DNA of 64,000 nucleotides from an uncultured virus (IMG/VR IMGVR_UViG_3300030330_006853) (Duplodnaviria; Heunggongvirae; Uroviricota; Caudoviricetes), in IMG/VR virus record IMGVR_UViG_3300030330_006853; one strand, 5' to 3'. This document shows, piece after piece, positions 39,724 to 49,493 of this stretch. The notes below the pieces were generated by a model. It ran no database searches, was not told the DNA's origin, and saw only the letters and a list, made by a program, of their open reading frames with translations. Numbering within the stretch: the first letter of the stretch is position 1; every line of letters starts with the position of its first letter. The position numbers were made by a program, and so were the translations under genes.

Positions 39724-40441
39724 TAGGAATCTCCTCGAGTTTGCAAGTCTTCATTCTTTCTTTGAGTAAGCTTTCAGGGGATAAGTTGTAAGATTCTATG
39801 CCGTTAAATTCGCAAAACTCAGGAATAAAATCTTTGAGTTTAAAAGTAGGGTGCAAAGAGTCTGGGGGTCTTTCATCTGGTTTGCACGACTTCATAATGT
39901 CAGGAATAGGATATTCTTCATATTTTGGATTATCAGTCCAGAAGTATTTACTTGACGTCATATCGACTCCTGCAAAACTAATAGACTCATATTCCATTCT
40001 TTGCATAATATCCAAAATAACAGTCAAAGAAGCATTGCAGCTTACTGATACTTTTTTCTTGTCTATTTCATATGCACCCGAATCACCATTGCGATACACT
40101 TTGTCATACAAGAAAATATTTTCAAAATATCTAGGATCTATAAATTGCAGCAAGTAGGGTCGTGTATTATCAAGAATCCAGCACACATCTTTATAGCTTT
40201 CATGCTTTAGATTGAGCATATCAACCATAAGCTGCCCAGATCTGTGCATCTTTACCTCTAAGTGATAAAAGTCTGGTATGATATCTTTGTTAACAATCCA
40301 GTTATTTGAAGCCCACACATCAAAATTATCTTTTATAAACTTCCACTGGTCGGCAGTGAAATTTTCTATCGATGGCCCACATCCTAAAAATATTGCAGAT
40401 TTCTTTTTCTTGAAGTTAGGAAGTTCTAAAAAGCTTTTCAT
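39716..40441 (-). CDS. Second sialyltransferase/Maf (MptE-like) fold protein
   Basis: AIFLGCGPSI...SNNW...PDFY...ISFAGVDM pattern shared by GT42/Maf-type proteins. Confidence 0.55.
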   Translation of the reverse strand: MKSFLELPNFKKKKSAIFLGCGPSIENFTADQWKFIKDNFDVWASNNWIVNKDIIPDFYHLEVKMHRSGQLMVDMLNLKHESYKDVCWILDNTRPYLLQFIDPRYFENIFLYDKVYRNGDSGAYEIDKKKVSVSCNASLTVILDIMQRMEYESISFAGVDMTSSKYFWTDNPKYEEYPIPDIMKSCKPDERPPDSLHPTFKLKDFIPEFCEFNGIESYNLSPESLLKERMKTCKLEEIPNV

Positions 40442-41331
40442 TATTGTGCAAATCTTTCAAAAAAACTTAAATACTGTTGTGCTGTATCATTAATATCACA
40501 GCTGACGGTAGATTTATATTTTTGAGTAACAGAAAAGTCTAGCTTGGGCGGCTCATAAAGCTTAAAGGGTAAATAATCCCACTCCATATCCTGTATGATC
40601 ACAGAATTGTCTCCAGCGATTTCTTTTGTTCCGCCTGATGAACTACATATAATTTTACATCCTGCAGCTCTGGCATCAACCACGACATTTGGGCAGTGGT
40701 CCATCAAAGCTAAATGAAGAAAATATTTTGACCTCTTGTATAGCGAGATTAATTGCTCCCATTCCAGAACTCCTGCATAAAATATCCTGGGCATGTCAAG
40801 AGGGGTATCTGGGTTGTTTCCTGCCACTATTAAGCAATCATTAGGCCCTGATTTTTCTAAAAAATATCTTACATTTTCGGAAAGTCTTTTGTGGGGCCTC
40901 CAAGAAGATGCACATGACCAAACATTTTCAAACTTATCAATTTCTGGATGGCTCAGAGGCTGTATCTTGTCAATATGGCTTAATTTAGTTCCGTTGTGAA
41001 TCACTACAGAGTTTTCTTTTTTGCCAAAATATTTTTCTGTTAAAGCTTTATTAAAATTAGACTGAAAAACTACACCATCTGCAAGATCAAAAGTTTGCCT
41101 GATAGGCTTGTTAAGAGATTTCCAATCTTGCTCTGAATTAAAGTAGATTCCGTCTAGTCGCTGTATCATGGGTGCTATCTTTGTTGTTGCCTGTATAAAT
41201 GAAAGCTGGACTGCAGGATTTTCATGAGTTATCCTGTGCCCAAGAGAGGAAAAGTGGCTGGCTAGCTTGCTGGCAAAGGAGTTAGGCCCAGAAGGTGAAG
41301 TAAAGTCAACGTTGTCAAAAAATATTTTCAT
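40441..41331 (-). CDS. Glycosyltransferase, GT4-like
   Basis: SGPNSF; RLDG; WRPHKRL; DHCPNVVVDARAAGC.....GGTKEI. Confidence 0.88.
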   Translation of the reverse strand: MKIFFDNVDFTSPSGPNSFASKLASHFSSLGHRITHENPAVQLSFIQATTKIAPMIQRLDGIYFNSEQDWKSLNKPIRQTFDLADGVVFQSNFNKALTEKYFGKKENSVVIHNGTKLSHIDKIQPLSHPEIDKFENVWSCASSWRPHKRLSENVRYFLEKSGPNDCLIVAGNNPDTPLDMPRIFYAGVLEWEQLISLYKRSKYFLHLALMDHCPNVVVDARAAGCKIICSSSGGTKEIAGDNSVIIQDMEWDYLPFKLYEPPKLDFSVTQKYKSTVSCDINDTAQQYLSFFERFAQ

Positions 41332-42035
41332 TTTAAAAAGCCACGTGATCGGACTAAGTTAACTGTTGCTATTTGAGTTGACTCGCACCAGTCCCTTTTT
41401 TCGCTAGGTATTGACGCAGAATCAATGTTGTATAGATAGCAGACTTCATCGATGTATTTTCTCTTTTCTGTCAAAGATAAAATTGGTAAAAGTAGCGCCT
41501 GGTCATAGCCTCTCTTAAACCATTCGCCATTCATGTCTTGAAAGTTTTTGACATTTATCTTTCTTAATATGCTTAGCTTAAAAGTCCTAAAGTGCGAAGC
41601 GCACCAGGGCCACTGATATGGGTTGACTTTCTCGGGCATTGCCCTTGAAATATTCATTCCATTTACATCCCAACTATGTGCAGTCCATACAACATCGTGA
41701 CCTGATTCGTATTGTTCTAATACTTTTGATACGGTGTCTGGATTACATAGAGAATCGTCGCCATCGACGACACCTATTACTGCGTCTTCTTCTTCTATTT
41801 GTAGGCAAGCGTCCACTATGTTTTTAAGTGCAAACTTCTTGGAGGAGTTCTTTATTATAGTAAACCTCTCATCACCCTGAGTTTGTCGCTCTATTTCTTC
41901 CCAGGTTCCATCACTAGAAATATCGTCAATTATAATGTGATGCCATCTATCATCGTTCTGAGCCTTTATCGAATTTATCAGTGTCTCAATGTTAGGCTTT
42001 GCATTAAAGCAGGGAGATATTATAAAGAGTTTCAA
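41328..42035 (-). CDS. Glycosyltransferase, GT2
   Basis: IISPCFNA; IIDDISSDGT; VDGDD. Confidence 0.92.
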   Translation of the reverse strand: MKLFIISPCFNAKPNIETLINSIKAQNDDRWHHIIIDDISSDGTWEEIERQTQGDERFTIIKNSSKKFALKNIVDACLQIEEEDAVIGVVDGDDSLCNPDTVSKVLEQYESGHDVVWTAHSWDVNGMNISRAMPEKVNPYQWPWCASHFRTFKLSILRKINVKNFQDMNGEWFKRGYDQALLLPILSLTEKRKYIDEVCYLYNIDSASIPSEKRDWCESTQIATVNLVRSRGFLK

Positions 42036-43984
42036 AGCTTAAATCCTGGCCAGTTTTGAATGTTACTTGGAAGATTAATGTCTAGGCTTAGATGTCCAGT
42101 TTCCTGATTGCCATCCCATTTTGTGTGCCATATCCAACCCCCAAGCTTTTCTTTCATAAGAGCTGCTCGATCTCGGATCATTTCATCTGTAACATCTTCC
42201 CATTTAGCGTCAAACATCATATTGTTTTCTGGCGTATCAATTACTTCTTTGTCAAACAGCGACTTCCAGTGCTTGCCCCAGTAGTCTCGATAAGTTTTTA
42301 TTTTTCTTTCTAGATTCCACCAGGAAAAATGGTGAACAACTGGAAATCCTGCGCAAATTTGATTTAGCCAAGCCTCGTAGGCTTTTCTAGCATTTTCATC
42401 TGTTGCACACATCTGGCGAGCTTGCTCCACATCAGGTGTAACAAAAGTTCCAAACGGAACAGGTTCATAGCTGTCATTTCTAATGTAGTCGCAACCGTCA
42501 GAACCCTGTGCAGAATAAAGGTCTCCCGACTCATCAAATCTTCTTAGGCTGGAGGGTATTCCGTGTGTAATGTAAGGCTTATTTCTACTTAGGCGCCACT
42601 TCCAGGGATTAACATCAAATCTAACTTTTTCTGGGCCTCCCCAGTATTCAATCACGGGAAGAGCAATTAAGTCGGTATTGCTTGGGAAGTTTTTGCATAT
42701 GTCCTTTATAATTTGATATTGGCTTTCATCAACGATTTCATCGCAATCCATTTGCCAACAAAACTCTTGTGTGCATAAAGATCTTGCCAAAGCTTTTTGT
42801 GCCCCATCAAAAACTGCAAATCTCTTGTGCTCCCAGTCTCTTTCTTGCCTATACGCCTTCAAAGAATCATTTTTCTCTGACCACACTTGAAGCTCTTCCC
42901 ATGTTCCGTCATCAGATCCCCCATCCACCACAACAACTTCGTCACAAAAACCTAAAAGAGACTCAATAGTTTGCCTCCAAGGATAGTTGTGACGATTACA
43001 GTTTAATGTTGTCGTGTATCCAGAAATCTTTGGTGAATATTCCATATCTGACTTTATTCCATTCCAAAACCTTGATCGTGCTGCATAAAGATAAGACTCG
43101 GTATCGAGCCTATCATCCGTATTAAACCATAGTTCATCTTTGTGTTGAACATTATCATTCAATGCTAGTTTACAATTAAGCATTTTAGCTTCAATGACTA
43201 TTCTAGGGCAAGTATCGCCACCCTTAGGTAGAAATACCAAGCCTTCGCTTTGGGCTAGCTTTTCTAATAAGTCTCCATAGGGTAGATTCCAGACTTCTTC
43301 ATATTCCTTATTGTTTTCTTCGCACCATTTTTTGCAGTCTTCTACTCCCTTTATCCATGATGTGGAACCTAAAACAATCCACTTATCATTCTTTTTTCCT
43401 TCATGCTTTTTGTTAAGAAGTTTTACAGATGCAAAAAAGTCATCGTCAAAAACAGAAGAAAGCACTGTGTTGTGTCGCTCACCATAAAAAGGAAATCTTT
43501 CGTGGTGGGTTTTCATTTGCTTTTCTGACATCCACCAGAGCGATCGTGCACCATAGAAAAACGCTGATATCATTTTTCCCCACATCTGGTCATGACAATC
43601 ACATGGTTTTACCTCTATTTCTCTGTGCTTCTCAATCGATCTATACTTGCAAAACTTATAATCAAATTCAACTATAGAATACTGAAGATTTGCTACGATT
43701 GTAGGCAATAAGCTTGTGTCTAAAGCAGATATGTTTCCGAAGACCCAATATTTATCTTTTCCCTCCTCCAAAACCTGAATTGTTACATCCTTAGCGTGAA
43801 CTTTGTCATATTCAGTTGGGCAAGAATCAATCAAAGCTTGAAACGTTAGCTCGGCTCCACCAGTATAATCAGCGGCGAACATGTCAGAAACAAAAACTAT
43901 TTTGGAGTCAGGAGTAATTAGCTTTTTGTTATTAAAGCTAAACCCACCAAAAATATTTTGATTAAAATCCATTAGGCTCTCCAT
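42032..43984 (-). CDS. Bifunctional glycosyltransferase (N-terminal GT-B/GT4-like plus C-terminal GT2)
   Basis: GGAE...KGV...DTCPRIVIEAKMLNC, then VVVDGGSDDGT...QMDCDE. Confidence 0.85.
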   Translation of the reverse strand: MESLMDFNQNIFGGFSFNNKKLITPDSKIVFVSDMFAADYTGGAELTFQALIDSCPTEYDKVHAKDVTIQVLEEGKDKYWVFGNISALDTSLLPTIVANLQYSIVEFDYKFCKYRSIEKHREIEVKPCDCHDQMWGKMISAFFYGARSLWWMSEKQMKTHHERFPFYGERHNTVLSSVFDDDFFASVKLLNKKHEGKKNDKWIVLGSTSWIKGVEDCKKWCEENNKEYEEVWNLPYGDLLEKLAQSEGLVFLPKGGDTCPRIVIEAKMLNCKLALNDNVQHKDELWFNTDDRLDTESYLYAARSRFWNGIKSDMEYSPKISGYTTTLNCNRHNYPWRQTIESLLGFCDEVVVVDGGSDDGTWEELQVWSEKNDSLKAYRQERDWEHKRFAVFDGAQKALARSLCTQEFCWQMDCDEIVDESQYQIIKDICKNFPSNTDLIALPVIEYWGGPEKVRFDVNPWKWRLSRNKPYITHGIPSSLRRFDESGDLYSAQGSDGCDYIRNDSYEPVPFGTFVTPDVEQARQMCATDENARKAYEAWLNQICAGFPVVHHFSWWNLERKIKTYRDYWGKHWKSLFDKEVIDTPENNMMFDAKWEDVTDEMIRDRAALMKEKLGGWIWHTKWDGNQETGHLSLDINLPSNIQNWPGFKL

Positions 43985-44004
43985 TTACATTGCTAGACAG
44001 CCTT

Positions 44005-44033
44005 ATTCTACAAGGACATTTAAGATTTTTAAA
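44005..44033 (-). promoter_or_regulatory. Putative sigma70-type promoter heading the glycan cluster
   Basis: TTTAAA-N17-TAGAAT on the minus strand in the gap before ATG 43984. Confidence 0.4.
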
Positions 44034-44049
44034 TTAAGTTGATTTTCCG

Positions 44050-47000
44050 CTATCCGGAGTGATATGTGCAACTTATCCTTTTAGTGCTTCCGGGCTCATC
44101 AGACCAAGTCACAGACTCAGTAGACTTAGCAACTGTGTAATTTCTAAGAATTCCGTCAGACTGCTTCATTGCATGACCTGAAGTATTTGAAGAGCATAGA
44201 TAGTCACCAATGGAAATGTCGCCCCCTTCATCACAAACAAGAACATGACCGTCACCAAGAGCAAAAATTTGGTGAGGTGCTTCAGATGGACCTGTCCCGC
44301 TCAGAGGAGTATTATAAACCCCAATTACGCCAGGATCTTGACTTGACGTAGACTCAGAAACATTATAGAAAACCTGCCTCGAGCGAGGCATAGATCCTGT
44401 AAATGTTGAATGTATTTTTACAACAGTTCCGTATTCATAAGAGCTTACACCTTCTGGGAGGGCTGCGTAGTGGCCGCCCGTGAAGGGTCCGTATGTAACA
44501 GTTCCGCCTGTAGATGTAATCGAACCAATTGAAGTTCCGTCGCCGTCAAAGAAACCAACTGCAGTTGAAGTTCCTGAGCCGCCGTCGTCACCATACTGAA
44601 TTTTCAATCCTTTTTTATTGACGTTATTTCCGTCATTAACAAAAACACTTACAAAGTCTGATCTTGAACCTGACACATCTAAGTACGTGTCAGGGGTGTG
44701 ATCGCCGATTCCAACATACCCGAGAGTATTTACCCTCAGCGCTGCAGATCCCGCTGTAAAGATCTGGACTCCGAAAGAATCAAGGGTTCCTATTAAAAGA
44801 TCATTACTAACTGCATTTGTAACATCGTGACCGTCAGGAGCTTTACCTGTCCCAGGTGACTGACCTATTAGGCTTCTAACAGCGCCGCCATCTCCTAAGA
44901 GCTTAATAAACGGAACGTCAAATTCACCTGAATTGTCTGTATCTGCTTCTAGTCTTAACGATACGCTTCCTGTGCTGCTTACGTGCAAAGACCCGCTGGG
45001 ATTTGTTGTTCCTATACCTAATCGACCTTCTCCTGGCAGGGTAACATTTTTTGTTCCAGAAAGAGCCAGCACAAGCTCTGGGTTGGCTCCTGAAGAGGTG
45101 CTTTTCTTTACATGAAACGAAAGATCGCCGGTGGAAAAGTTCCCCTTGTCTGTAAAGATCATTGATGCACCAACGTTATTATTTGATGTGCCAAGCGCAA
45201 TTCCTGCTGAAGCTAACGTGCTTGTGTCTTCTTGCCTAACAACCAGACCGTATCTTGCTGGATTTCCAGCTTGAACTATAGAGCTTTTTCCTTTAGCTTG
45301 AACAATCTCTAGCGGAGCTTGAGGAGATGTAGTGTTAATTCCTAGCTTGATACCACCAGAGCCAGAAATATAGTTGTTTGTTCCTGCCCTCGGAGTTAAT
45401 CTTATGTTTGCTTGAGATCCCAAGGCGAGAGCCTCATATATATCAAGAGCACCGTCATCCTCGCCGTTCATATTGTAGACTTTGGCAAGTGTTGCATTAT
45501 TGCCATCGGGAGCCTTGATTGGTCCTTCGAGCTGGATTGCAGCTCCTGACACGTGAAGCGCATGAGATGGATTCAATCCAATTCCAATATCACCAGTGGA
45601 CTTCCTGACCATGAATGCTCTTGGCCGGCTTCCGCCGTGTGCTAAAAGAGTTGCACCTGCACTTGCAGCATCAATAGGACCAGCAAATTCTGGGCGAACA
45701 GTTACGCCTTCGTATCCTATTCTCAGCTGCTCATCAAGCTTACCTGTCGTGTTTTGAGTGAAGAAAGCAAGCCTTCCATAATTTTGCGTGCTGCTAGCAG
45801 AATCTTTCCTACCTTCAATAGCAGCGCCTGGTACAGATCCGTTATCGAAAGGAATTTTAAATAGAATTCTTGTTCCGCCTTTAGTGCTGCTAACAGATCC
45901 TGATCTATCGAGTATAAGCGCGGTTGTTGTTGCTGCTGTATTTGACTTTGCTCTAAAATGAATAGGGCTGTATGTCCTAAGAACTTCTATATTAGACCCT
46001 GTAGCGCTAGCTCGAAGAGAACCCCCGATAGAACCACTAAAAAGAACATCTCCTCCAAATACTGCAGTGCTGATAGTTCCTCTATTGTCAGCCGGATCAG
46101 GCTTGACAGAACCTGAGACGAAGAAGCTTGTGTCTAATCCAGGTAGGGGTGGCATGTGACCTGAGTATTGGGCTGATGCACTTCCGAAAGTCGCTACACC
46201 TGATACTGCTAATAAAGTCTGTTGCGCACCATCTGCAAGAATAGCGCTGTTTATTTGAACTGGGTGAATATTTGCATTGATGATCGCGCCTGCTGCAGAA
46301 CCTCCACCATCATACGCGCTGTCAAGTGTGGCTGCTGCAGAACTTATGGTCCACTGTCTTGTTGTATGATTATAAGTAGCAGATGTTGATGAATCACCGG
46401 CAATAAAAGGCTGACCTGTAGGAGTTCTAGATATAGAGCCAGTAAGCCCAGGAATAGAACTTGGTTGCATTCCAAAGCTAATAAATCCACCCTGGGATGC
46501 TGTAACTGATGTTGTCGCTGTGACTGATCCGGCGGTTCGTAAGGATGTATCTCCCATCAACCCGCCTGGGACTGCAAGAGCTTGAATCGTTCCTGATACT
46601 ACTAAGTCTCCTCCAAAGAGAGCAGATCCCGTTGGTGCTTGAGCACCTGGCATCATTGAAGAATTCTTTGAACCTGAAACATAGAAGAAGACATTAAGAC
46701 CTTTTCCGAATCCTGCTGTATTAGAGTCTGCATCTCCTACAGGATTTGCAAAAGCAACAGAAGATGTTGTTTCTCCTCTAAAGCCTGTTCCTGCTGTTAC
46801 AGCAAAAATACCGTCCCCACCTGATGGGCCTTGAACTCCTTGAATACCCTGTATTCCCTGCGAACCTGTTGGACCCTGTGTTCCATCTGCGACTCGGTAA
46901 ATAGCAATAGACTCAGAGAAACTATCGCTAGATGCAGTTACGAATACTGGAAATCTTGTCCTATCTGCGTTGTTGTAACTGAAGACTATCGAAGCTTCGC

Positions 47001-49251
47001 CAGTGACTTTTCCACCGGACGTAGTGCTTGTATTGGAGAAAGCTGAAAACCTGCTTCCAGATAGATTTGTTCCATCACTGCCAGAGGCCTGAAAGTCGAG
47101 GGCTGTCATAGCATTTGATTGACTTACATAAGTTGCTGTAATCTTAACTGAAGCTGGATTTGACGTTAGAGAACCAGAAGGCGTGATTGAAAATATAAGC
47201 GCATTAGATGAAATGCTAAGACTTGGCGGGGCTGACCCTGTAAGTCCCTGGACTCCTTGAATACCCTGGATACCTTGTTCACCTTGCGGCCCCTCTGTGA
47301 CTCGATAGATCGCCACAGATTTTGTAAAGCTGTCACTAGATGCAGTTACAAATACTGGATATCTGGTCTTGTCAGCATTGTTGTAACTGAAGACTATCGA
47401 AGCTTCGCCAGTGACTTTTCCTCCCGATGTTGTGCTTGTATTAGAAAATGCAGAAAATCTACTTCCGGATAAGTTAGTTCCATCACTTCCAGAGACCTGG
47501 AAGTCAAGAGCTGTCATAGCATTTGACTGGCTCACATAAGTTGCTGTGAGCTTAACTGATGTGGGGTTTGATGTTGTTGAACCTGACGGGACGATTGAAA
47601 AGATAAGAGCATTAGCGGATAGATCTAAACTTGGAACAGCAGATCCCGTAAGGCCCTGAGAACCTGTAACTCCTTGAACACCTTGAATACCCTGGATACC
47701 TTGAATTCCCTGGTCTCCCTGGGGCCCTTCTGAAACTCTGAATATTGTTAGTGACTCAGAGAAACTATCACTAGAAGCAGTTACGAATACTGGGAATCTT
47801 GTCCTGTCAGCATTGTTATAACTAAATACAATAGATGCCTCTCCTGTAACTTTTCCACCTGAGGTTGTGCTTGTATTGGAGAAAGCTGAAAATCTACTTC
47901 CGGATAAGTTAGTTCCATCACTTCCAGAGACCTGGAAGTCAAGAGCTGTCATAGCATTTGATTGACTTACATAAGTTGCCGTAATCTTAACCGAAGTTGG
48001 ATTCGAAGTTGCTGAGCCTGATGGGACGATTGAAAAGATAAGTGAGTTTGAGGAAACGCTTAGACTGGGAGGCGCGGATCCAGTGAGACCCTGGAGTCCT
48101 TGAATACCCTGTATTCCCTGCGAACCTGTTGGACCCTGTGTTCCATCTGCGACTCGGTAAATAGCAATAGACTCAGAGAAACTATCGCTAGATGCAGTCA
48201 CAAAAACCGGGTATCGTGTTCTATCAGCATTGTTATAGCTAAATACTATTGATGCTGCTCCGGTGACTTTTCCTCCGGACGTAGTGCTAGTGTTAGAAAA
48301 TGCAGAAAATCTACTTCCGGATAAGTTAGTTCCATCACTTCCAGAGACCTGGAAGTCAAGAGCTGTCATAGCGTTCGATTGGCTTACGTAAGTTGCTGTA
48401 ATCTTAACAGACGACGGGTTTGATGTTAATGATCCCGAAGGAGTGATTGAAAATATAAGAGCATTAGATGATAGGTCAAGGCTTGGTGGAGCTGATCCTG
48501 TGAGACCCTGAAGCCCCTGTATACCTTGGATACCTTGATCACCTTGCGGACCTTCTGCAACGCGGTAAATCGTTACTGTTTTTGTAAAGCTGTCACTAGA
48601 TGCAGTTACAAAGATCGGATATCGGGTTCTATCAGCGTTGTTATATGTGAATACCACAGATGCATCACCAGTAACTTTTCCACCTGATGTTGTGCTTGTA
48701 TTGGAGAAAGCTGATAGTCTTCCTGAGAGGTCTGAGCCGTCACTACCTGATACTTTATAATCGGCCAAAACCATAGCATTTGACTGGCTCACATAAGTTG
48801 CTGTGAGCTTAACTGATGTGGGGTTTGATGTTGTTGAACCTGACGGGACGATTGAAAAGATAAGTGAGTTTGAAGAGAGATCAAGGCTTGGCGGAGCTGA
48901 TCCTGTGAGACCCTGGAGTCCTCTAGGGCCTATAGGCCCGTCTGAACCCGTAACTATATTTCCCTTCATGGCTCCGCTGAAGAAAACGTCTCCAATGAAG
49001 ACCATTGTCCCTCTTACTCTGTTACCTGACGCTCTTGACATGGAGCCTGATGTTCCTGATACTACAAGAAATACGTCCTCACCTATTGTAGAAGGAATAA
49101 ATCCGCCTCTCGCAGGAGACTTAATGCCACCTGTCAAATCATTGGCGACGGAAGCGCTATAAATCATGAATGCTGGCTCATTACCACTAGAGCCAGAGAG
49201 GATGAACCTGTTACCTCTTATTCTGTCTGCTTTAAAATCAGATGTTGCCAT
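44050..49251 (-). CDS. Tail fibre protein with five tandem ~135-145-aa domains separated by short collagen (Gly-X-Y) linkers and a C-terminal intramolecular-chaperone/peptidase-G2-like domain
   Basis: GxQ triplet runs; LGIGTTNPSGSLHV-type fibre repeats; C-terminal FTGGH...GDISIGDYLCSS..GHAMKQ...YTVAK. Confidence 0.85.
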   Translation of the reverse strand: MATSDFKADRIRGNRFILSGSSGNEPAFMIYSASVANDLTGGIKSPARGGFIPSTIGEDVFLVVSGTSGSMSRASGNRVRGTMVFIGDVFFSGAMKGNIVTGSDGPIGPRGLQGLTGSAPPSLDLSSNSLIFSIVPSGSTTSNPTSVKLTATYVSQSNAMVLADYKVSGSDGSDLSGRLSAFSNTSTTSGGKVTGDASVVFTYNNADRTRYPIFVTASSDSFTKTVTIYRVAEGPQGDQGIQGIQGLQGLTGSAPPSLDLSSNALIFSITPSGSLTSNPSSVKITATYVSQSNAMTALDFQVSGSDGTNLSGSRFSAFSNTSTTSGGKVTGAASIVFSYNNADRTRYPVFVTASSDSFSESIAIYRVADGTQGPTGSQGIQGIQGLQGLTGSAPPSLSVSSNSLIFSIVPSGSATSNPTSVKITATYVSQSNAMTALDFQVSGSDGTNLSGSRFSAFSNTSTTSGGKVTGEASIVFSYNNADRTRFPVFVTASSDSFSESLTIFRVSEGPQGDQGIQGIQGIQGVQGVTGSQGLTGSAVPSLDLSANALIFSIVPSGSTTSNPTSVKLTATYVSQSNAMTALDFQVSGSDGTNLSGSRFSAFSNTSTTSGGKVTGEASIVFSYNNADKTRYPVFVTASSDSFTKSVAIYRVTEGPQGEQGIQGIQGVQGLTGSAPPSLSISSNALIFSITPSGSLTSNPASVKITATYVSQSNAMTALDFQASGSDGTNLSGSRFSAFSNTSTTSGGKVTGEASIVFSYNNADRTRFPVFVTASSDSFSESIAIYRVADGTQGPTGSQGIQGIQGVQGPSGGDGIFAVTAGTGFRGETTSSVAFANPVGDADSNTAGFGKGLNVFFYVSGSKNSSMMPGAQAPTGSALFGGDLVVSGTIQALAVPGGLMGDTSLRTAGSVTATTSVTASQGGFISFGMQPSSIPGLTGSISRTPTGQPFIAGDSSTSATYNHTTRQWTISSAAATLDSAYDGGGSAAGAIINANIHPVQINSAILADGAQQTLLAVSGVATFGSASAQYSGHMPPLPGLDTSFFVSGSVKPDPADNRGTISTAVFGGDVLFSGSIGGSLRASATGSNIEVLRTYSPIHFRAKSNTAATTTALILDRSGSVSSTKGGTRILFKIPFDNGSVPGAAIEGRKDSASSTQNYGRLAFFTQNTTGKLDEQLRIGYEGVTVRPEFAGPIDAASAGATLLAHGGSRPRAFMVRKSTGDIGIGLNPSHALHVSGAAIQLEGPIKAPDGNNATLAKVYNMNGEDDGALDIYEALALGSQANIRLTPRAGTNNYISGSGGIKLGINTTSPQAPLEIVQAKGKSSIVQAGNPARYGLVVRQEDTSTLASAGIALGTSNNNVGASMIFTDKGNFSTGDLSFHVKKSTSSGANPELVLALSGTKNVTLPGEGRLGIGTTNPSGSLHVSSTGSVSLRLEADTDNSGEFDVPFIKLLGDGGAVRSLIGQSPGTGKAPDGHDVTNAVSNDLLIGTLDSFGVQIFTAGSAALRVNTLGYVGIGDHTPDTYLDVSGSRSDFVSVFVNDGNNVNKKGLKIQYGDDGGSGTSTAVGFFDGDGTSIGSITSTGGTVTYGPFTGGHYAALPEGVSSYEYGTVVKIHSTFTGSMPRSRQVFYNVSESTSSQDPGVIGVYNTPLSGTGPSEAPHQIFALGDGHVLVCDEGGDISIGDYLCSSNTSGHAMKQSDGILRNYTVAKSTESVTWSDEPGSTKRISCTYHSG
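46820..48897 (-). repeat. Five tandem coding repeats of 405-435 nt
   Basis: Units start at 48897, 48492, 48075, 47640 and 47232 (A-P/V-PSL). Long identical nucleotide stretches occur between units, e.g. 46861-46920 = 48121-48180. Confidence 0.95.
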
Positions 49252-49262
49252 TTTCTAATCCA

Positions 49263-49493
49263 CTAGTTTCCATGCATGGCCTTGTATTCTACAACAGCCG
49301 TAATTTTTGCCGATGCTGTAATCTCGAAGCCCGTATTAGTCACATTTCGAATGTAAATATTAGGGTGTCCTAGATTAGAACTTGCAGTATTTAATGTGCA
49401 GCAAACAACAGGAGCTGCATCAAAAACACTTGTAAAAGTCACAGATCCAAACTTTGTGTTAGTTAATGTGTGATTTCCTGTCTCAATGATCAT
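49263..49493 (-). CDS. Small tail-fibre-associated beta protein (H-type lectin-like)
   Basis: VTFTSVFDAAPVVCCT...NVTNTGFEI pattern. Confidence 0.6.
   Translation of the reverse strand: MIIETGNHTLTNTKFGSVTFTSVFDAAPVVCCTLNTASSNLGHPNIYIRNVTNTGFEITASAKITAVVEYKAMHGN

Noticed and set aside
20841..43984. Bacterial chromosomal O-antigen/capsule locus
   Set aside because: It is co-oriented and contiguous with baseplate, fibre and phage sigma genes, and lacks export or polymerase genes.
46820..48897. Repeats as a CRISPR array or DGR template/variable repeat
   Set aside because: Units are in-frame coding repeats over 400 nt with no spacers. Differences are not adenine-specific, and no reverse transcriptase is in the window.
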